Origin: Candidatus Neptunichlamydia sp.
Lineage (GTDB): Bacteria > Chlamydiota > Chlamydiia > Chlamydiales > Simkaniaceae
Direction of reading: 5' to 3'
Assembly (NCBI GenBank): GCA_965233865.1
Contig: OZ247587.1
Location: 1,280,001 to 1,344,000 of the forward strand
Length of the DNA: 64,000 bases
This document shows, in pieces, positions 48,977 through 60,200 of this stretch (positions within the stretch are counted from its first letter, which is position 1; each line of letters begins with the position of its first letter). A model generated the notes under the pieces. That model had not been told where the DNA came from, made no database searches, and saw nothing but the letters and a program-made list of their open reading frames with translations. The position numbers and the translations under genes were made by a program.

Positions 48977-49591
48977 TTGGACCCAAGAATGAAACAGGTA
49001 GATAGGACAAAAGTTTGTTGGAATTGTGAAGCAGATGTGAGTCACCAAGCAACCTATTGCCCTTTTTGTGGAACCGATTTATTGACATCGTCTGTTGAAC
49101 CATCAAAAACATCTGCTCCATCTCAAGATCAAAAATTTGTGGATCAAACGCTTCAAGAAAGTTTAGCTTCTTTATACAAGCCGCCCTATTCCATTCGTAA
49201 TAGGCAAGGGCTTGGCGTTCCCGATGAGAGGGAAGAAACATCTTTTAAGGAAGCAGAGCCTACGAGAGAAAATCCTCTTTTCCAATCCTATGAGCAGATG
49301 GACATCGAAGATCATGTACTTTCTCCCTCTCTTGCTCCAGCTCCAGCCCAACATATGGAGGTTGTAGAAGAAGAAGAGATTACTCGTCGGGGAAATATTC
49401 TCCCTCTGCTATTTTTAATGATTGGTGCACATCTTTGTACGCTTGGAATGCTTCTTCTTTTTTGTTCTAAAAATGGGGTTGTTACCCTCCAGTGGAGCAA
49501 TCAGTTTTGGTTTCTTTACTGTCTCATTAGTGCACCTCTTCTATACTTTGGGGGGCGCATGCTAAAACCTATGAATACGCCCCATAGCTAG
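48977..49591 (+). CDS. Zinc-ribbon protein with two C-terminal TM helices
   Basis: CWNC...CPFC; two hydrophobic segments. Confidence 0.75.
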   Translation: MDPRMKQVDRTKVCWNCEADVSHQATYCPFCGTDLLTSSVEPSKTSAPSQDQKFVDQTLQESLASLYKPPYSIRNRQGLGVPDEREETSFKEAEPTRENPLFQSYEQMDIEDHVLSPSLAPAPAQHMEVVEEEEITRRGNILPLLFLMIGAHLCTLGMLLLFCSKNGVVTLQWSNQFWFLYCLISAPLLYFGGRMLKPMNTPHS

Positions 49592-49917
49592 TATGTTAGG
49601 CATAGAACACGCTCTAAAAACATTATATTAGTTCTAATGACAAAAAAATAAAATTTAGTTTTTCTTCTGGCCTCAGACCTAGAGATCTCCTCATTGAATG
49701 AGTAGTATCATCAAAAAATGGTACATGCTGAAGAGTTGATTATCGAGATTTATGAGAACATTGAGCAATCCGAATCTCAGATTTCAAAGCTAGAAGAGCA
49801 TGAATAATATCATTTATCAAAAATCACTTAGTGAATGGTATAGCTAGCAATAAATCGGAATCTCCTCTAGAATGAGGCGATTAGGTATGAATAATTTGAT
49901 TTTGTATAGGAGATAAA

Positions 49918-50238
49918 ATGGCCGAAAGTTCAATTCAAGAAGTAAATGATGATGGGTTTGATGCCCTAATCAAAGAAGGGGTAACACTCATTGATTTTTT
50001 TGCTGAGTGGTGTGGTCCCTGTCGGATGCTTGCACCAGTTCTTGCTGAAGTTGCTGGAGAACTATCTGGAAAGGTGAAATTTGCTAAGCTTGATATCGAC
50101 AACAATCATGTAACAGCCAAAGCGCACCACGTGACCTCGGTACCAACAATGATTCTTTATAAAAATGGAGAAGAGGTAAACCGTCTTGTGGGCCTGCGTG
50201 ATGCAGCAGCTCTGAAAGACTTTGCTCTCTCAGCATAG
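49918..50238 (+). CDS. trxA: Thioredoxin
   Basis: WCGPC. Confidence 0.97.
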   Translation: MAESSIQEVNDDGFDALIKEGVTLIDFFAEWCGPCRMLAPVLAEVAGELSGKVKFAKLDIDNNHVTAKAHHVTSVPTMILYKNGEEVNRLVGLRDAAALKDFALSA

Positions 50239-50243
50239 TATAG

Positions 50244-50450
50244 ATGGGGCGTTTGATTATTTTAGTGGGCGTTTGTCTGATTGTTATCGGAACGCTCATA
50301 ACACTTCATATACCAATGAATTGGATTGGGTATTTGCCTGGAGATTTCTCTTTAGAGTGGGGAGGCACAAGAATCTTTGTTCCCATTACTACATCAATTG
50401 TTTTTAGCTTTATGCTGTCGGTTTTACTCTTTCTTTTTTCAAAGCGGTGA
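50244..50450 (+). CDS. DUF2905-like small membrane protein
   Basis: G.LPGDF...F.PITTSI with two TM segments. Confidence 0.75.
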   Translation: MGRLIILVGVCLIVIGTLITLHIPMNWIGYLPGDFSLEWGGTRIFVPITTSIVFSFMLSVLLFLFSKR

Positions 50451-50889
50451 ATTCGTTTTGCCTTAGTGCTTCATAAAGAACGATAGCGGCTGAATTTGAT
50501 AGGTTGAGACAGCGACTTCCTTTTTGCATTGGAATGGTAAAAAAATGCTCAGGCCACCTCTTGTAAAACTCAGGAGCAAGTCCCGATACTTCAGATCCAA
50601 AGATTAGAATCGCATCCTCCTCAAAGGAGGCATTACTATAGGGGACTTCTCCTTTACTCGAGAAAAAATAGAAAGGAAGAAGTGACTTTACTAGGTATTC
50701 GATCAGATCATCGATGATAGTTACCTTGGTCCCTTCCCAATAATCTAACCCTGCACGTCTCAAGCTTTTATCATCGGTTTTAAATCCTAATGGCTTAACT
50801 AAAATAAGCTCACTCCCTGTTGCGTGGCAGGTCCGGACAATATTTCCGGTATTCGCAGGAATTTGAGGCTGAAACAATATAATAATCAT
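50410..50889 (-). CDS. trmL: tRNA (cytidine34-2'-O)-methyltransferase, SPOUT family
   Basis: PQIPANTGNI, RRAGLDYW, FGSE, LNLSNSAA. Confidence 0.93.
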   Translation of the reverse strand: MIIILFQPQIPANTGNIVRTCHATGSELILVKPLGFKTDDKSLRRAGLDYWEGTKVTIIDDLIEYLVKSLLPFYFFSSKGEVPYSNASFEEDAILIFGSEVSGLAPEFYKRWPEHFFTIPMQKGSRCLNLSNSAAIVLYEALRQNEFTALKKERVKPTA

Positions 50890-50948
50890 AATAAATTGAA
50901 GGCTCTCAACTCCAATAAGGAAGCTGAGAGCTTAGAGTGGTAAAAAAT

Positions 50949-51752
50949 TTAGCGCAAGGCTTCTTGTTTTGATCCTTTAGGAAGAGCAATTTCTCGTGTT
51001 CCTTCATCAGGAATTGAGGTGATTGAGTCTTCTTGTTCAGGAGTAGCGTTAGCCTTGACAACTTCAATGTCAAAAACCAGGGTAGAGTTTGGAGGAAGGT
51101 AGCCACTTGTTCCATATCCAAGATCTGGATGAATATAGATGGTTCGTTGTTCGCCTTCTTTCATTCCAACGATTCCTTGGCTAAAACCTTGAATGGTTTC
51201 GTCCAAAGAAATTAGCTCGTCTTCTTGAGAAGATCCAAAAACTTTTCCATCGAGAAACTTTCCTGTATAGCGGATCATTGGGGAGAAATGCTCTTCGACA
51301 ATGATTCCATCACCTTGCGTCTCAACTTTATACTGAAGCTTATGTTTTTCAATCTCAACCACACCTTCATTTCTAGCGTTGTTGGTCATGAAAGTATCGG
51401 CTTCTTTAAGATTTCCAGTAGCCATTTTTTGGAAGGACTCTTCCTGCACAAGAGAAATAGCTTGGACACATTCAGTTTCATTCATCGGAGATGATTTCCC
51501 TGCGACTGAATCTTCCATTCCTTTAATGACTTGTTCCATATTAAACTCAAAACCAAGCGAATCTAAGTTCTTTCCAATGAGGTGCCCAAAGGCTTCGGAA
51601 ATTTTTTGAATATCAATTTTCCCGTCTTCCTTCTTAGACTCCTCTAGGGTATTATTTTGCGAGTCCCCTCCTGCATAAGCTACTGTTGCTAGGAAGGAAA
51701 ATGCAATTGCAATTGTTGAGAAAAATTTATTTCTTAGTAACATTACAAACAC
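50949..51752 (-). CDS. mip: Mip-like FKBP peptidyl-prolyl isomerase
   Basis: Signal peptide, SEAFGHLIG, Y.GKFLDG.VF, IHPDLGYG, LPPNSTLVF. Confidence 0.9.
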   Translation of the reverse strand: MFVMLLRNKFFSTIAIAFSFLATVAYAGGDSQNNTLEESKKEDGKIDIQKISEAFGHLIGKNLDSLGFEFNMEQVIKGMEDSVAGKSSPMNETECVQAISLVQEESFQKMATGNLKEADTFMTNNARNEGVVEIEKHKLQYKVETQGDGIIVEEHFSPMIRYTGKFLDGKVFGSSQEDELISLDETIQGFSQGIVGMKEGEQRTIYIHPDLGYGTSGYLPPNSTLVFDIEVVKANATPEQEDSITSIPDEGTREIALPKGSKQEALR

Positions 51753-51798
51753 TCCTTTAGAGTACTGTTGAAAACTTCAAATTTATTCACTTGTAGAA

Positions 51799-53583
51799 TT
51801 ATATCCAAGATATTTCTTTTGGATGAGCTTGAATTTCAAGCTCATCCAATTGCTTTTTGTAAACCTTTGAAGGGCATTGCATCATTAAGTCACTTGCTTT
51901 TTGTGTTTTAGGGAATGCAATAACGTCTCGGATATTTTCTGTTTTAGTAAGAATCATGACAAGGCGGTCAAAGCCCAATGCGATCCCTAAATGAGGCGGT
52001 GTTCCATATTGGAGAGCTTCAGTGAAAAAGCTAAATTTTTCCTTCACTGCTTCTCCATCAAGCTTTAGAGCTTGAAAGACTTTCTTTTGGATTTCAAAAT
52101 CATGTATTCTTTGAGACCCTCCCCCCACTTCGTAACCATTGATAATGATGTCATAAGCATTTGAGCGTATCTTGAGAGGATCATGTTCAAGCAGCTCCAG
52201 ATCGTCAAGGTGGGGCATGGTAAAGGGATGGTGGGTGGCTTGAGGGCGATTTTCCTTTGGGTCCCACTCAAAATAAGGGAAGTCGGTAACCCAAAGAAAC
52301 TCGTATGCACCTGGATTGATAAGGGTGCGATCTTTTGCAATTAAGCGGCGAAGATGGTCAAGGGATTGATTCACAAGAGATTCATTTGCTGCAGCAAAAA
52401 GGAGAAGGTCTCCTTTCTCTGCTCCTAAAGCCTCTTGCAATGCTTTTAGCTGCTTGTCGGAAAAGAATTTTACAATACTTGAGGTGAGGCCTTCTTCTTG
52501 CTTTTTCATCCATCCAAGGCCTTGGAGTCCAAACTTTCCAACAAATTCAGTGTAACGGTCAATTTCTTTCCGCGATATTTCAGCTCCACCCTTAACACAA
52601 AGGGCTTTAATGCAGCCACCATTTTGAAGCTGCTCTTTAAAAACAATGAATTCAGAGTCTTTTGCAATAGCGTCGACCCTTACAAGAGGCATTCTAAAGC
52701 GCAAGTCTGGGCGGTCTGTCCCGTAATGTTCCATACAGTCTTGATAACTCATTGAGGGAATGGTATCGGGAACGTCATAATTGAGGCACTCTTTAAACAA
52801 AGCTTTTAAGAAACGGTGGATGATTTCCTGGATATCTTCGGGGTAGGCAAAGCTCATCTCAATGTCGATTTGTGTAAACTCAGGTTGTCGATCTGCTCTT
52901 AAGTCTTCATCGCGAAAGCAATTGGCAATTTGAAAGTAGCGATCCATTCCACTTACCATGAGCAGTTGCTTAAATAGTTGCGGTGATTGGGGCAATGAAT
53001 AAAAGTTTCCAGGATAGGTGCGTGAAGGAACAAGATAATCTCGGGCTCCTTCTGGAGTGGAACGCCCCAAAGTGGGGGTGTTGACCTCAGTAAATCCTTC
53101 GCTATTAAAGAAACTTCTGGTGGTGATCATTGCCTTGTTTCTCATTAAGAGTTTGTCTAAGACATCCCCACGTCGGATATCGAGGTAGCGATACTTTAGA
53201 CGGGTTTCTTCATGGGTTTCAGTTTTATCGTCACAAATGGAGAAAGGGGGTGTTTTTGCTTTAGACAAAATTTCGAATGACTCAACTTCGACTTCGACTT
53301 CACCCGTTTCTAGTTTTGGGTTAGTGAGCCCCTCGCCTCGGGCACGTACTTTTCCCTTCGCAGTAATGACCCACTCAGAGCGGAGGGCAGAGGCTATTTC
53401 ATGTGCCTTTTTAGAAATTTTGGGGTCGAAGATTAATTGTGTCAATCCAAAGCGGTCACGGAGATCGATAAAAATAAGCCCTCCATGATCCCGCCTTCTG
53501 TGAACCCACCCGGAAAGGTTTGCGATTTTTCCTATTTCATCTTTTCTTAGTTCATTGCAGCGGTGTGTTCTTCTATAGTCCAT
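51799..53583 (-). CDS. aspS: Aspartyl-tRNA synthetase
   Basis: Start MDYRRTH; GARDYLVPSR, FRDEDLRADRQPEF, GIALGFDR. Confidence 0.97.
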   Translation of the reverse strand: MDYRRTHRCNELRKDEIGKIANLSGWVHRRRDHGGLIFIDLRDRFGLTQLIFDPKISKKAHEIASALRSEWVITAKGKVRARGEGLTNPKLETGEVEVEVESFEILSKAKTPPFSICDDKTETHEETRLKYRYLDIRRGDVLDKLLMRNKAMITTRSFFNSEGFTEVNTPTLGRSTPEGARDYLVPSRTYPGNFYSLPQSPQLFKQLLMVSGMDRYFQIANCFRDEDLRADRQPEFTQIDIEMSFAYPEDIQEIIHRFLKALFKECLNYDVPDTIPSMSYQDCMEHYGTDRPDLRFRMPLVRVDAIAKDSEFIVFKEQLQNGGCIKALCVKGGAEISRKEIDRYTEFVGKFGLQGLGWMKKQEEGLTSSIVKFFSDKQLKALQEALGAEKGDLLLFAAANESLVNQSLDHLRRLIAKDRTLINPGAYEFLWVTDFPYFEWDPKENRPQATHHPFTMPHLDDLELLEHDPLKIRSNAYDIIINGYEVGGGSQRIHDFEIQKKVFQALKLDGEAVKEKFSFFTEALQYGTPPHLGIALGFDRLVMILTKTENIRDVIAFPKTQKASDLMMQCPSKVYKKQLDELEIQAHPKEISWI

Positions 53584-54868
53584 TTGGTTTCCGTTTGCTA
53601 AAATAATCAATGAGATTGGAGAGGGAAGCCTCTTCAGTTTTGCGTGATTCCATTTCTTTGATCTGCACCTTGTTCTTCTCGAGTTCTTGCTTTCCGATGA
53701 TAACAGCATGTTTTGCTTTTAATTGACTTGCTTGCTGCAATGCTTTTTGAATTTTTTTAGAGACGATCATTTCAGCTGAAATATTTGCGTGACGAAGCTG
53801 ATAGAGAAGGCTGAAACAATTTTCTTTTGCCTGTTCATCAAGAGGAATTAAAGCGACTATCGGCCCTGAAATTTCAGGGAAAGAGACTCCCTGCCCTTGC
53901 ATGGTTTGTAGTATCCTTTCCATTCCTGTGGAAAAGCCAATGCATGGAAGGTCTGGTCCTCCAACTGCTGGAAGGAGACCGTCGTAGCGCCCCCCTGCAC
54001 CAATGGTATTTTGTGCTCCTAAAACGTCCGAAGTGATTTCAAAAACAGTGTGATTGTAGTAGTCTAACCCTCGAACCAGGTGAGGAGTAATAGTGAAGGG
54101 GATTTTCTGTTTCTCTAAAAGTTTGCAAAGAGTTTCGAAGTGGTCTTTGCTCTCTGGATCTAAATAGTCTAAAATCGAAGGAGCGGATTTTAGTAGTTCG
54201 CGTTCTTTAGAATCTTTAGAATCTAGAATGCGAAGAGGATTTTTGGTGAATCGGGCTTGACTTTCTTCCGAAAGAGAGTTGAAATGAGGCTTTAGATAGT
54301 CCAAAAGAGCGCTTTTGTATTTTTCTCGACAGGGACGGTCTCCTAAAGAGTTGATCATTACATGGAGGTTTTTAAGACCTAATCGACGGTAGAGTTCATA
54401 GAGGAGTTCGATGGTTTCAAAATCTTGTTCAGGTTCCCCATTCCCAATGGCTTCAATTCCAAATTGATGGAATTGCCGGTACCGTCCTGCTTGGGGGCGG
54501 TCGTACCTGAAAAATGGACCAATATAGAAAAACTTGTGGTGCATCCCGAGTTGTTGCAGTTGACCTTGAGCAAAGGCGCGCACCACCGATGCGGTTCCTT
54601 CAGGGCGAAGGCTCATCGATCTATTGCCTTTATCCTGAAAAGTATACATTTCCTTGGACACAATATCAGAGGTCTCGCCAACTCCACGGATAAAGAGCTC
54701 TGTCTTTTCAAAAATGGGAGTGCGGATTTCCTGATAGCCGTATTCTTGGACGAGAGTACGGATTACGGTTTCGAGATGATTCCATTTTGCCGATTCCTTC
54801 CAGCTATTTTGCGGCTTGGACTCCTCAGGAAGGATATCAAAAGTTCCTTTGGGAAGTGAGTATTTCAT
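53573..54868 (-). CDS. hisS: Histidyl-tRNA synthetase
   Basis: LRPEGTA, FRYDRPQAGRYRQF, LVRGLDYY, GGRYD. Confidence 0.97.
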   Translation of the reverse strand: MKYSLPKGTFDILPEESKPQNSWKESAKWNHLETVIRTLVQEYGYQEIRTPIFEKTELFIRGVGETSDIVSKEMYTFQDKGNRSMSLRPEGTASVVRAFAQGQLQQLGMHHKFFYIGPFFRYDRPQAGRYRQFHQFGIEAIGNGEPEQDFETIELLYELYRRLGLKNLHVMINSLGDRPCREKYKSALLDYLKPHFNSLSEESQARFTKNPLRILDSKDSKERELLKSAPSILDYLDPESKDHFETLCKLLEKQKIPFTITPHLVRGLDYYNHTVFEITSDVLGAQNTIGAGGRYDGLLPAVGGPDLPCIGFSTGMERILQTMQGQGVSFPEISGPIVALIPLDEQAKENCFSLLYQLRHANISAEMIVSKKIQKALQQASQLKAKHAVIIGKQELEKNKVQIKEMESRKTEEASLSNLIDYFSKRKPNGL

Positions 54869-54892
54869 GGGACAAGTATAGCTTCTTTGAAA

Positions 54893-55519
54893 TTAATTCT
54901 GCAAGATCTCATTGATCAATTCGACCCACTGCATCAAGGTGCTATGAGATTGGTTTACCCTATGGTCAGAAAAAAGACATTTGAGGATCTCCCTGAAAGG
55001 AAGGGGCATCCAATTTTCTCCAGCAAACTCCGAGAGATAGAACCCTAGCTTGTGATCTTCATTTGGAGGATAATTACCAACGCCTGCTAGAAAAGCTTTA
55101 AGCTTATCGGCATCAATAAGGGCCTTCCTTTTTGTGTGGGAAAGGATTTGGATTCCTTGAAGTAAGCGGTGCCAAGTAGCAGAAAACTGAGCGCAAAAGG
55201 TTCCATTCTCACTTTGATCTACGTCCATCATGATCTGAAGGATTTGCTTGAGTTCTTGGATATCACCTGTTAGAGCATCCTCAGACATTTCTTCAAGTGT
55301 TCCTTCCTTTTCCTTCCCAAGGCTTGTTGTTAATTTTTGAATAAATATAAGAAAGGCCACATAGGCTCTAGGGCGTTTATCTTCTGCAGGAGGTTCCCAT
55401 GATTGATCCCCCTTGGATTGTTTGTTCGCCTCAATTGGATCAACTCGATACTTATCGTCTTCTCTCCCTTCTGAGGGGCGCAGAGGCTCTGGAAAAAATG
55501 TCATATTCACGCTCGGCAA
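54893..55519 (-). CDS. Hypothetical protein
   Basis: 208-aa ORF co-oriented upstream of hisS. Confidence 0.65.
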   Translation of the reverse strand: MPSVNMTFFPEPLRPSEGREDDKYRVDPIEANKQSKGDQSWEPPAEDKRPRAYVAFLIFIQKLTTSLGKEKEGTLEEMSEDALTGDIQELKQILQIMMDVDQSENGTFCAQFSATWHRLLQGIQILSHTKRKALIDADKLKAFLAGVGNYPPNEDHKLGFYLSEFAGENWMPLPFREILKCLFSDHRVNQSHSTLMQWVELINEILQN

Positions 55520-55676
55520 TTTCGTATTTTGTTTTACAGTAAATTAGGGTTAGAAGGCAAATTGGAACCGACTAAAACATTGACTTTGAATGGAAATTTC
55601 TATAGTCTCACCCCGAATACGAATGGACCATCTGGATTGATAATTTTAATATTTACCAAGGGAATAGGGTTAAAAC

Positions 55677-57026
55677 GTGAGCGTTCTGGATAGACTGAAG
55701 CCTAATCTTCCGCAAAGTGAGGTCGAAAGTGCTGACGAAATCAAAGCTAAATACAAGTATTGGCGGATTCGGATTTTCTACAGTATCTATGTTGGGTATG
55801 CTCTTTTCTATTTTACAAGAAAAAGCTTTACATTCTCAATGCCAGCGCTTATCAATGACTTAGGCTTTGATAAGTCTGATCTAGGCTTTTTAGGAACTCT
55901 CCTGGCTGTTACTTATGCAATTAGTAAGTTTGTAAGTGGACTTATTTCTGATAAGTCTAGCCTTCGCATTCTTATGGGGGCGGGGTTGGTTTTAACAGGT
56001 GTTTTTACCCTATTTGCGGGACTCTCCTCTTCGGTTCTCTTTTTTGCTATTTTTCTGGGCTTAAATGGATTTTTTCAAGGGTGGGGATCTCCACCGTGCG
56101 CCAAGTTATTAACTTATTGGTATTCACAGACCGAACGGGGACGCTGGTGGGGATGGTGGAACACCTCTCATAACATAGGGGGAGCTGTAATCCCTATCCT
56201 GTGTGCTTTTGCTATTCAAGCCTTTGGCTGGCGCTATGCGATGTATCTTCCAGGAGTAATGGCTATTGTCATGGGGCTCTTTTTGATTAATCGCATTCGA
56301 AATAGCCCAAAGCAGGTCGGACTTCCAACAATCGAAAAGTATCGAAATGATTATCCTAATGATGTCGAAAAAGGGGAGATTGAACAGGAAAAGAGTCTCT
56401 CCACAAAAGAGATTTTATTTAAACACATTCTTAAAAATAAATTCATTTGGATTTTAGCGGTCTCTTATTTTTTCGTGTATATTGTCCGCATATCGATCTA
56501 TGATTGGGTTCAGCTTTATCTAATGGAAGAGAAAGGCTACACCTTGATGATTGCTGGATCCTGTGTTTTTTGGTTTGAGATCGGAGGGATCTTTGGGAGC
56601 TTAGCTGCTGGTTACCTCTCCGATACTATCTTTAAGGGAAGAAGGGGTCCTGTAAATATCCTCTTCACTGCTGGGGTAATTGGTAACCTGATGGTTCTGT
56701 GGTTCATTCCTTCATCAAGCCTTCTAATAATTTCTATTGCGACGTTTGTCTTTGGATTTCTGATATTTGGGCCTCAAATGCTTATTGGGATGGCAGCTGC
56801 TGAACTGGTGAGTAAGGAAGCGGCTGGTACTGCAACGGGATTTACTGGGCTTTTTGCATACGCTGGCGCTGCTTGTGCAGGATGGCCTGTGGGTCGATTG
56901 ATTGAAGGATTTGGATGGCCAGCATTCTTTCTTCTCCTGTCTATTTGTGCAGGTATTGCAGTTTTATTGCTTATTCCACTATGGTCGAAGGGAGTTCGAC
57001 TTGTGCCACTGGCTCAAACGAATTAA
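55677..57026 (+). CDS. uhpC: Hexose-phosphate transporter (UhpC/GlpT-type MFS)
   Basis: YFTRKSF, ERGRWWGWWNTSHNIGG, GPQMLIG. Confidence 0.9.
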   Translation: MSVLDRLKPNLPQSEVESADEIKAKYKYWRIRIFYSIYVGYALFYFTRKSFTFSMPALINDLGFDKSDLGFLGTLLAVTYAISKFVSGLISDKSSLRILMGAGLVLTGVFTLFAGLSSSVLFFAIFLGLNGFFQGWGSPPCAKLLTYWYSQTERGRWWGWWNTSHNIGGAVIPILCAFAIQAFGWRYAMYLPGVMAIVMGLFLINRIRNSPKQVGLPTIEKYRNDYPNDVEKGEIEQEKSLSTKEILFKHILKNKFIWILAVSYFFVYIVRISIYDWVQLYLMEEKGYTLMIAGSCVFWFEIGGIFGSLAAGYLSDTIFKGRRGPVNILFTAGVIGNLMVLWFIPSSSLLIISIATFVFGFLIFGPQMLIGMAAAELVSKEAAGTATGFTGLFAYAGAACAGWPVGRLIEGFGWPAFFLLLSICAGIAVLLLIPLWSKGVRLVPLAQTN

Positions 57027-57203
57027 AGCGCTTATAGTACCTTAACTTTAAATTGGTAAACCTAAGTTGCTCTTTCAATTTGTATTCTCATCTTCGCTCT
57101 CAACAACCATTTGCGATTATCTACGAGCTCTAGGTCTCAATGTCGGTCAAAATAATTTTCGTATCTTTATCAATTTAAAACATTATAACAGGCAGGTTTA
57201 TTG

Positions 57204-60200
57204 ATGGGTTGGACGCCACTCCATGTTCATTCACAATATTCAATTTTAGATTCGACGGCTTCCGTTCAACTTTTGGCTAAGAAAGCCAAGGAATTTAGAA
57301 TGGAGGCACTTGCACTTACGGACTTTTGCAACATGTTTGGAGTTGTAGATTTTTTTAAAGCCTGCAAAAAAGAAGGAATCAAACCAATTATTGGGACTAA
57401 GGTTGTTGTTGCTCCTCTTTCTCGTCATGATAAGAAACGAATTTCTGGTCACTCTGTTGGGTATCCCTTAATTCTTCTTGCGAAGGATCGTGAAGGATAC
57501 CAAAATCTTTGTAAGATCTCCTCGATTGGATACCTTGAAGGGTTTTATTATACCCCCCGTGTCGATAAGGAAGTTCTCGAGAAGTATTCAAAAGGGTTGA
57601 TTTGCCTCTCGGGGCCTATTACAAGTCGACTTTCACAGTTCATCATTCAAGAGAGGAAAGAAGAATTTGAAGACGAGCTGAAATGGCAGTTAGACCTTTA
57701 TGGAGAGAACTTTTATTTCGAACTGCAACGTCATCAAATGCATGAGGAGCAGATCAAATCAGAGGGGATTGAGAAAGAGTCATGGCTTTATCAGCAGTAC
57801 CTTGACAGGGTTAAAAACCAAGAGAAAGTCAACAATCAATTTATCGCACTTTCAAAAGAGAAAGGAATTTCTTGTGTTGCAACAAACGGGACGCATTATA
57901 TTGACCGGGGGGACTGGAGAGCACATGAAATTTTAATGAACGTGCAGTCTGGAGAGCCTGTTGAGGTTATTGAGAGGGATTCTTTTGGAAATCCAAGAGG
58001 AATTAGCCTTAACCCTAAGCGAAAGGTGATTCCAACGCATGAGCTTTACTTCAAGTCATCTGAGGAAATGATGGCTCTTTTTGCAGATGTTCCTGAAGCA
58101 ATCGAGAACACCGGAAAAATCGCGGTATTATGCAATATGGAGCTCGACTTTGAAACGAAATACTATCCTGTTTTTGTCCCGCCCTATCTTGAAGGGACCG
58201 AGTATAGTGAAAAAACAAGGGTTGAAGAGGCCGCAAACTTTTTGCGCACACTGTGCAAAGAGGGAATTCCAAATCGGTATACGCCTGAACACCTAGCTAA
58301 GGTTCAAGAAAAGCATCCCGATCAGAACCCAATGGACGTTGTAACAAAGCGATTAGAAGGAGAGCTTGAGATCATCATTTCAAAAGGGATGTGTGATTAC
58401 CTTCTCATCGTGTATGACTTTATAGCTTGGGCAAAGAATAAAGGGATTCCTGTCGGTCCAGGGAGAGGATCAGGAGCAGGCTCGATTATTCTTTATTTGA
58501 TAGGAATTACCGATATTGAACCCTTAAGATTCAATCTTTTCTTCGAGCGATTTATCAATCCTGAAAGGATGTCATACCCTGACATCGATGTTGACATATG
58601 CATGGATCGTCGTGCTGAAGTTATCGAGTATACCCTCAAAAAATATGGGAAGGAAAAGGTCGCTCAAATTATTACATTTGGAACAATGAAAGCAAAGATG
58701 GCCATTAAAGATGTGGGCCGAGTTCTTAGTGTTCCTCTCGCAAAGGTGAATGAGATTGCAAAATTGGTTCCTGAAGACCCAACGATGACACTTGAAAGAG
58801 CACTTAAGCTTGATCCTGAGCTCAGAAGAATTGCAGAAAGCGATGAAGATGGAAAGAGAGTTCTCGAATATGCTAGGCGCTTGGAGGGATCAATCCGGAA
58901 TACGGGCATTCATGCTGCAGGGCTCATTATTTGTGGAGATCCTCTAACCGATCATATTCCAATCTGCAGTGCCAAAGATTCCGAACTTGCTGCGACACAA
59001 TACTCGATGAAACCAGTCGAAGCTGTTGGAATGCTTAAAATTGACTTCTTAGGGCTTAAGACGTTGACTTCAATCCAAAAAACTGTGGATGCTATTGCAG
59101 AACGTGGAGGAGAAAGAATCGATTGGGTCAATCTTCCTCTTGAAGATCAGAACACGTTCAACCTCTTGAACCAGGGGAAAACACAAGGGGTTTTTCAACT
59201 AGAATCCACCGGAATGCAAGAGCTGGCTAAACGTCTTCATATTGATAAGTTTGAAGAGATTATTGCTGTAGGAGCTCTGTATCGTCCAGGTCCTATGGAA
59301 ATGATCCCCTCTTTTATCAACCGGAAGCATGGGCGTGAAAAGATTGAAGTTGACCACCCCTTGATGGAAGATGTTATCCAGGAGACCTATGGAATCATGG
59401 TTTACCAGGAGCAAGTGATGCAAATAGCCTCCCTCCTTGCCGACTATTCTCTTGGAGAGGGTGACGTTTTACGACGCGCAATGGGAAAAAAAGATCGGGA
59501 TGAAATGGCAAAGCAACGGGAAAAATTCCGCAGCGGAGCTATTCAGAAAGGAATCAGTGAAAATAAGGCGATGAAAATCTTCGATAAGATTGAAAAATTT
59601 GCCTCATATGGTTTCAACAAATCCCATGCTGCAGCTTATGGGTATCTTAGCTATGTCACAGCATTTCTTAAAGCAAATTACCCAAAAGAATGGCTTGCAG
59701 CTTTGATGACCTGTGATAGCGATGACTTGACCAAAGTATCGAAGCATATCCGAGAATGTGAAGCCATGGGAATAAAAATCCTTCCTCCTGACGTTAACGA
59801 ATCAGGGACAGAGTTTGCTGCTGCCCCATCTGGAATTCGTTTTGCAATGTCAGGAATTAAAGGGGTTGGAAGGGGTGTTGTTGAGGCTATTTTTGAAGAA
59901 CGAAAGAAAAAAGGGTCATACAAATCATTTTATGATTTTTTCAAACGGATAGATCTAACAAGAGTAGGGAAAAAAGTTGTTGAAAATCTTGTTGATGCAG
60001 GGAGTTTTGATTTTACAACATGGACGCGACAAGAACTACTGGAGAGCGTCGAACCTATGTTTGAGCAAACGTCTCGAGAACAAAAAGAGGCCGCTAAAGG
60101 GGTTATGGACTTCTTTTCAATGATTGAAGATGAAGGAAAAAGCCCATTTCTCACTCCTCCAATTGTCGAAAGGCAGCAAGAAAAGAAAGAGATTCTTGTA

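Noticed and set aside
49690..49806. Short acidic coiled-coil-like frame upstream of trxA
   Set aside because: Under 30 codons with no recognisable motif; at most a gene remnant
53584..53709. N-terminal extension of aspS in the ORF track
   Set aside because: Overlaps the hisS 3' end; the AspS-like sequence starts at MDYRRTH (53583)
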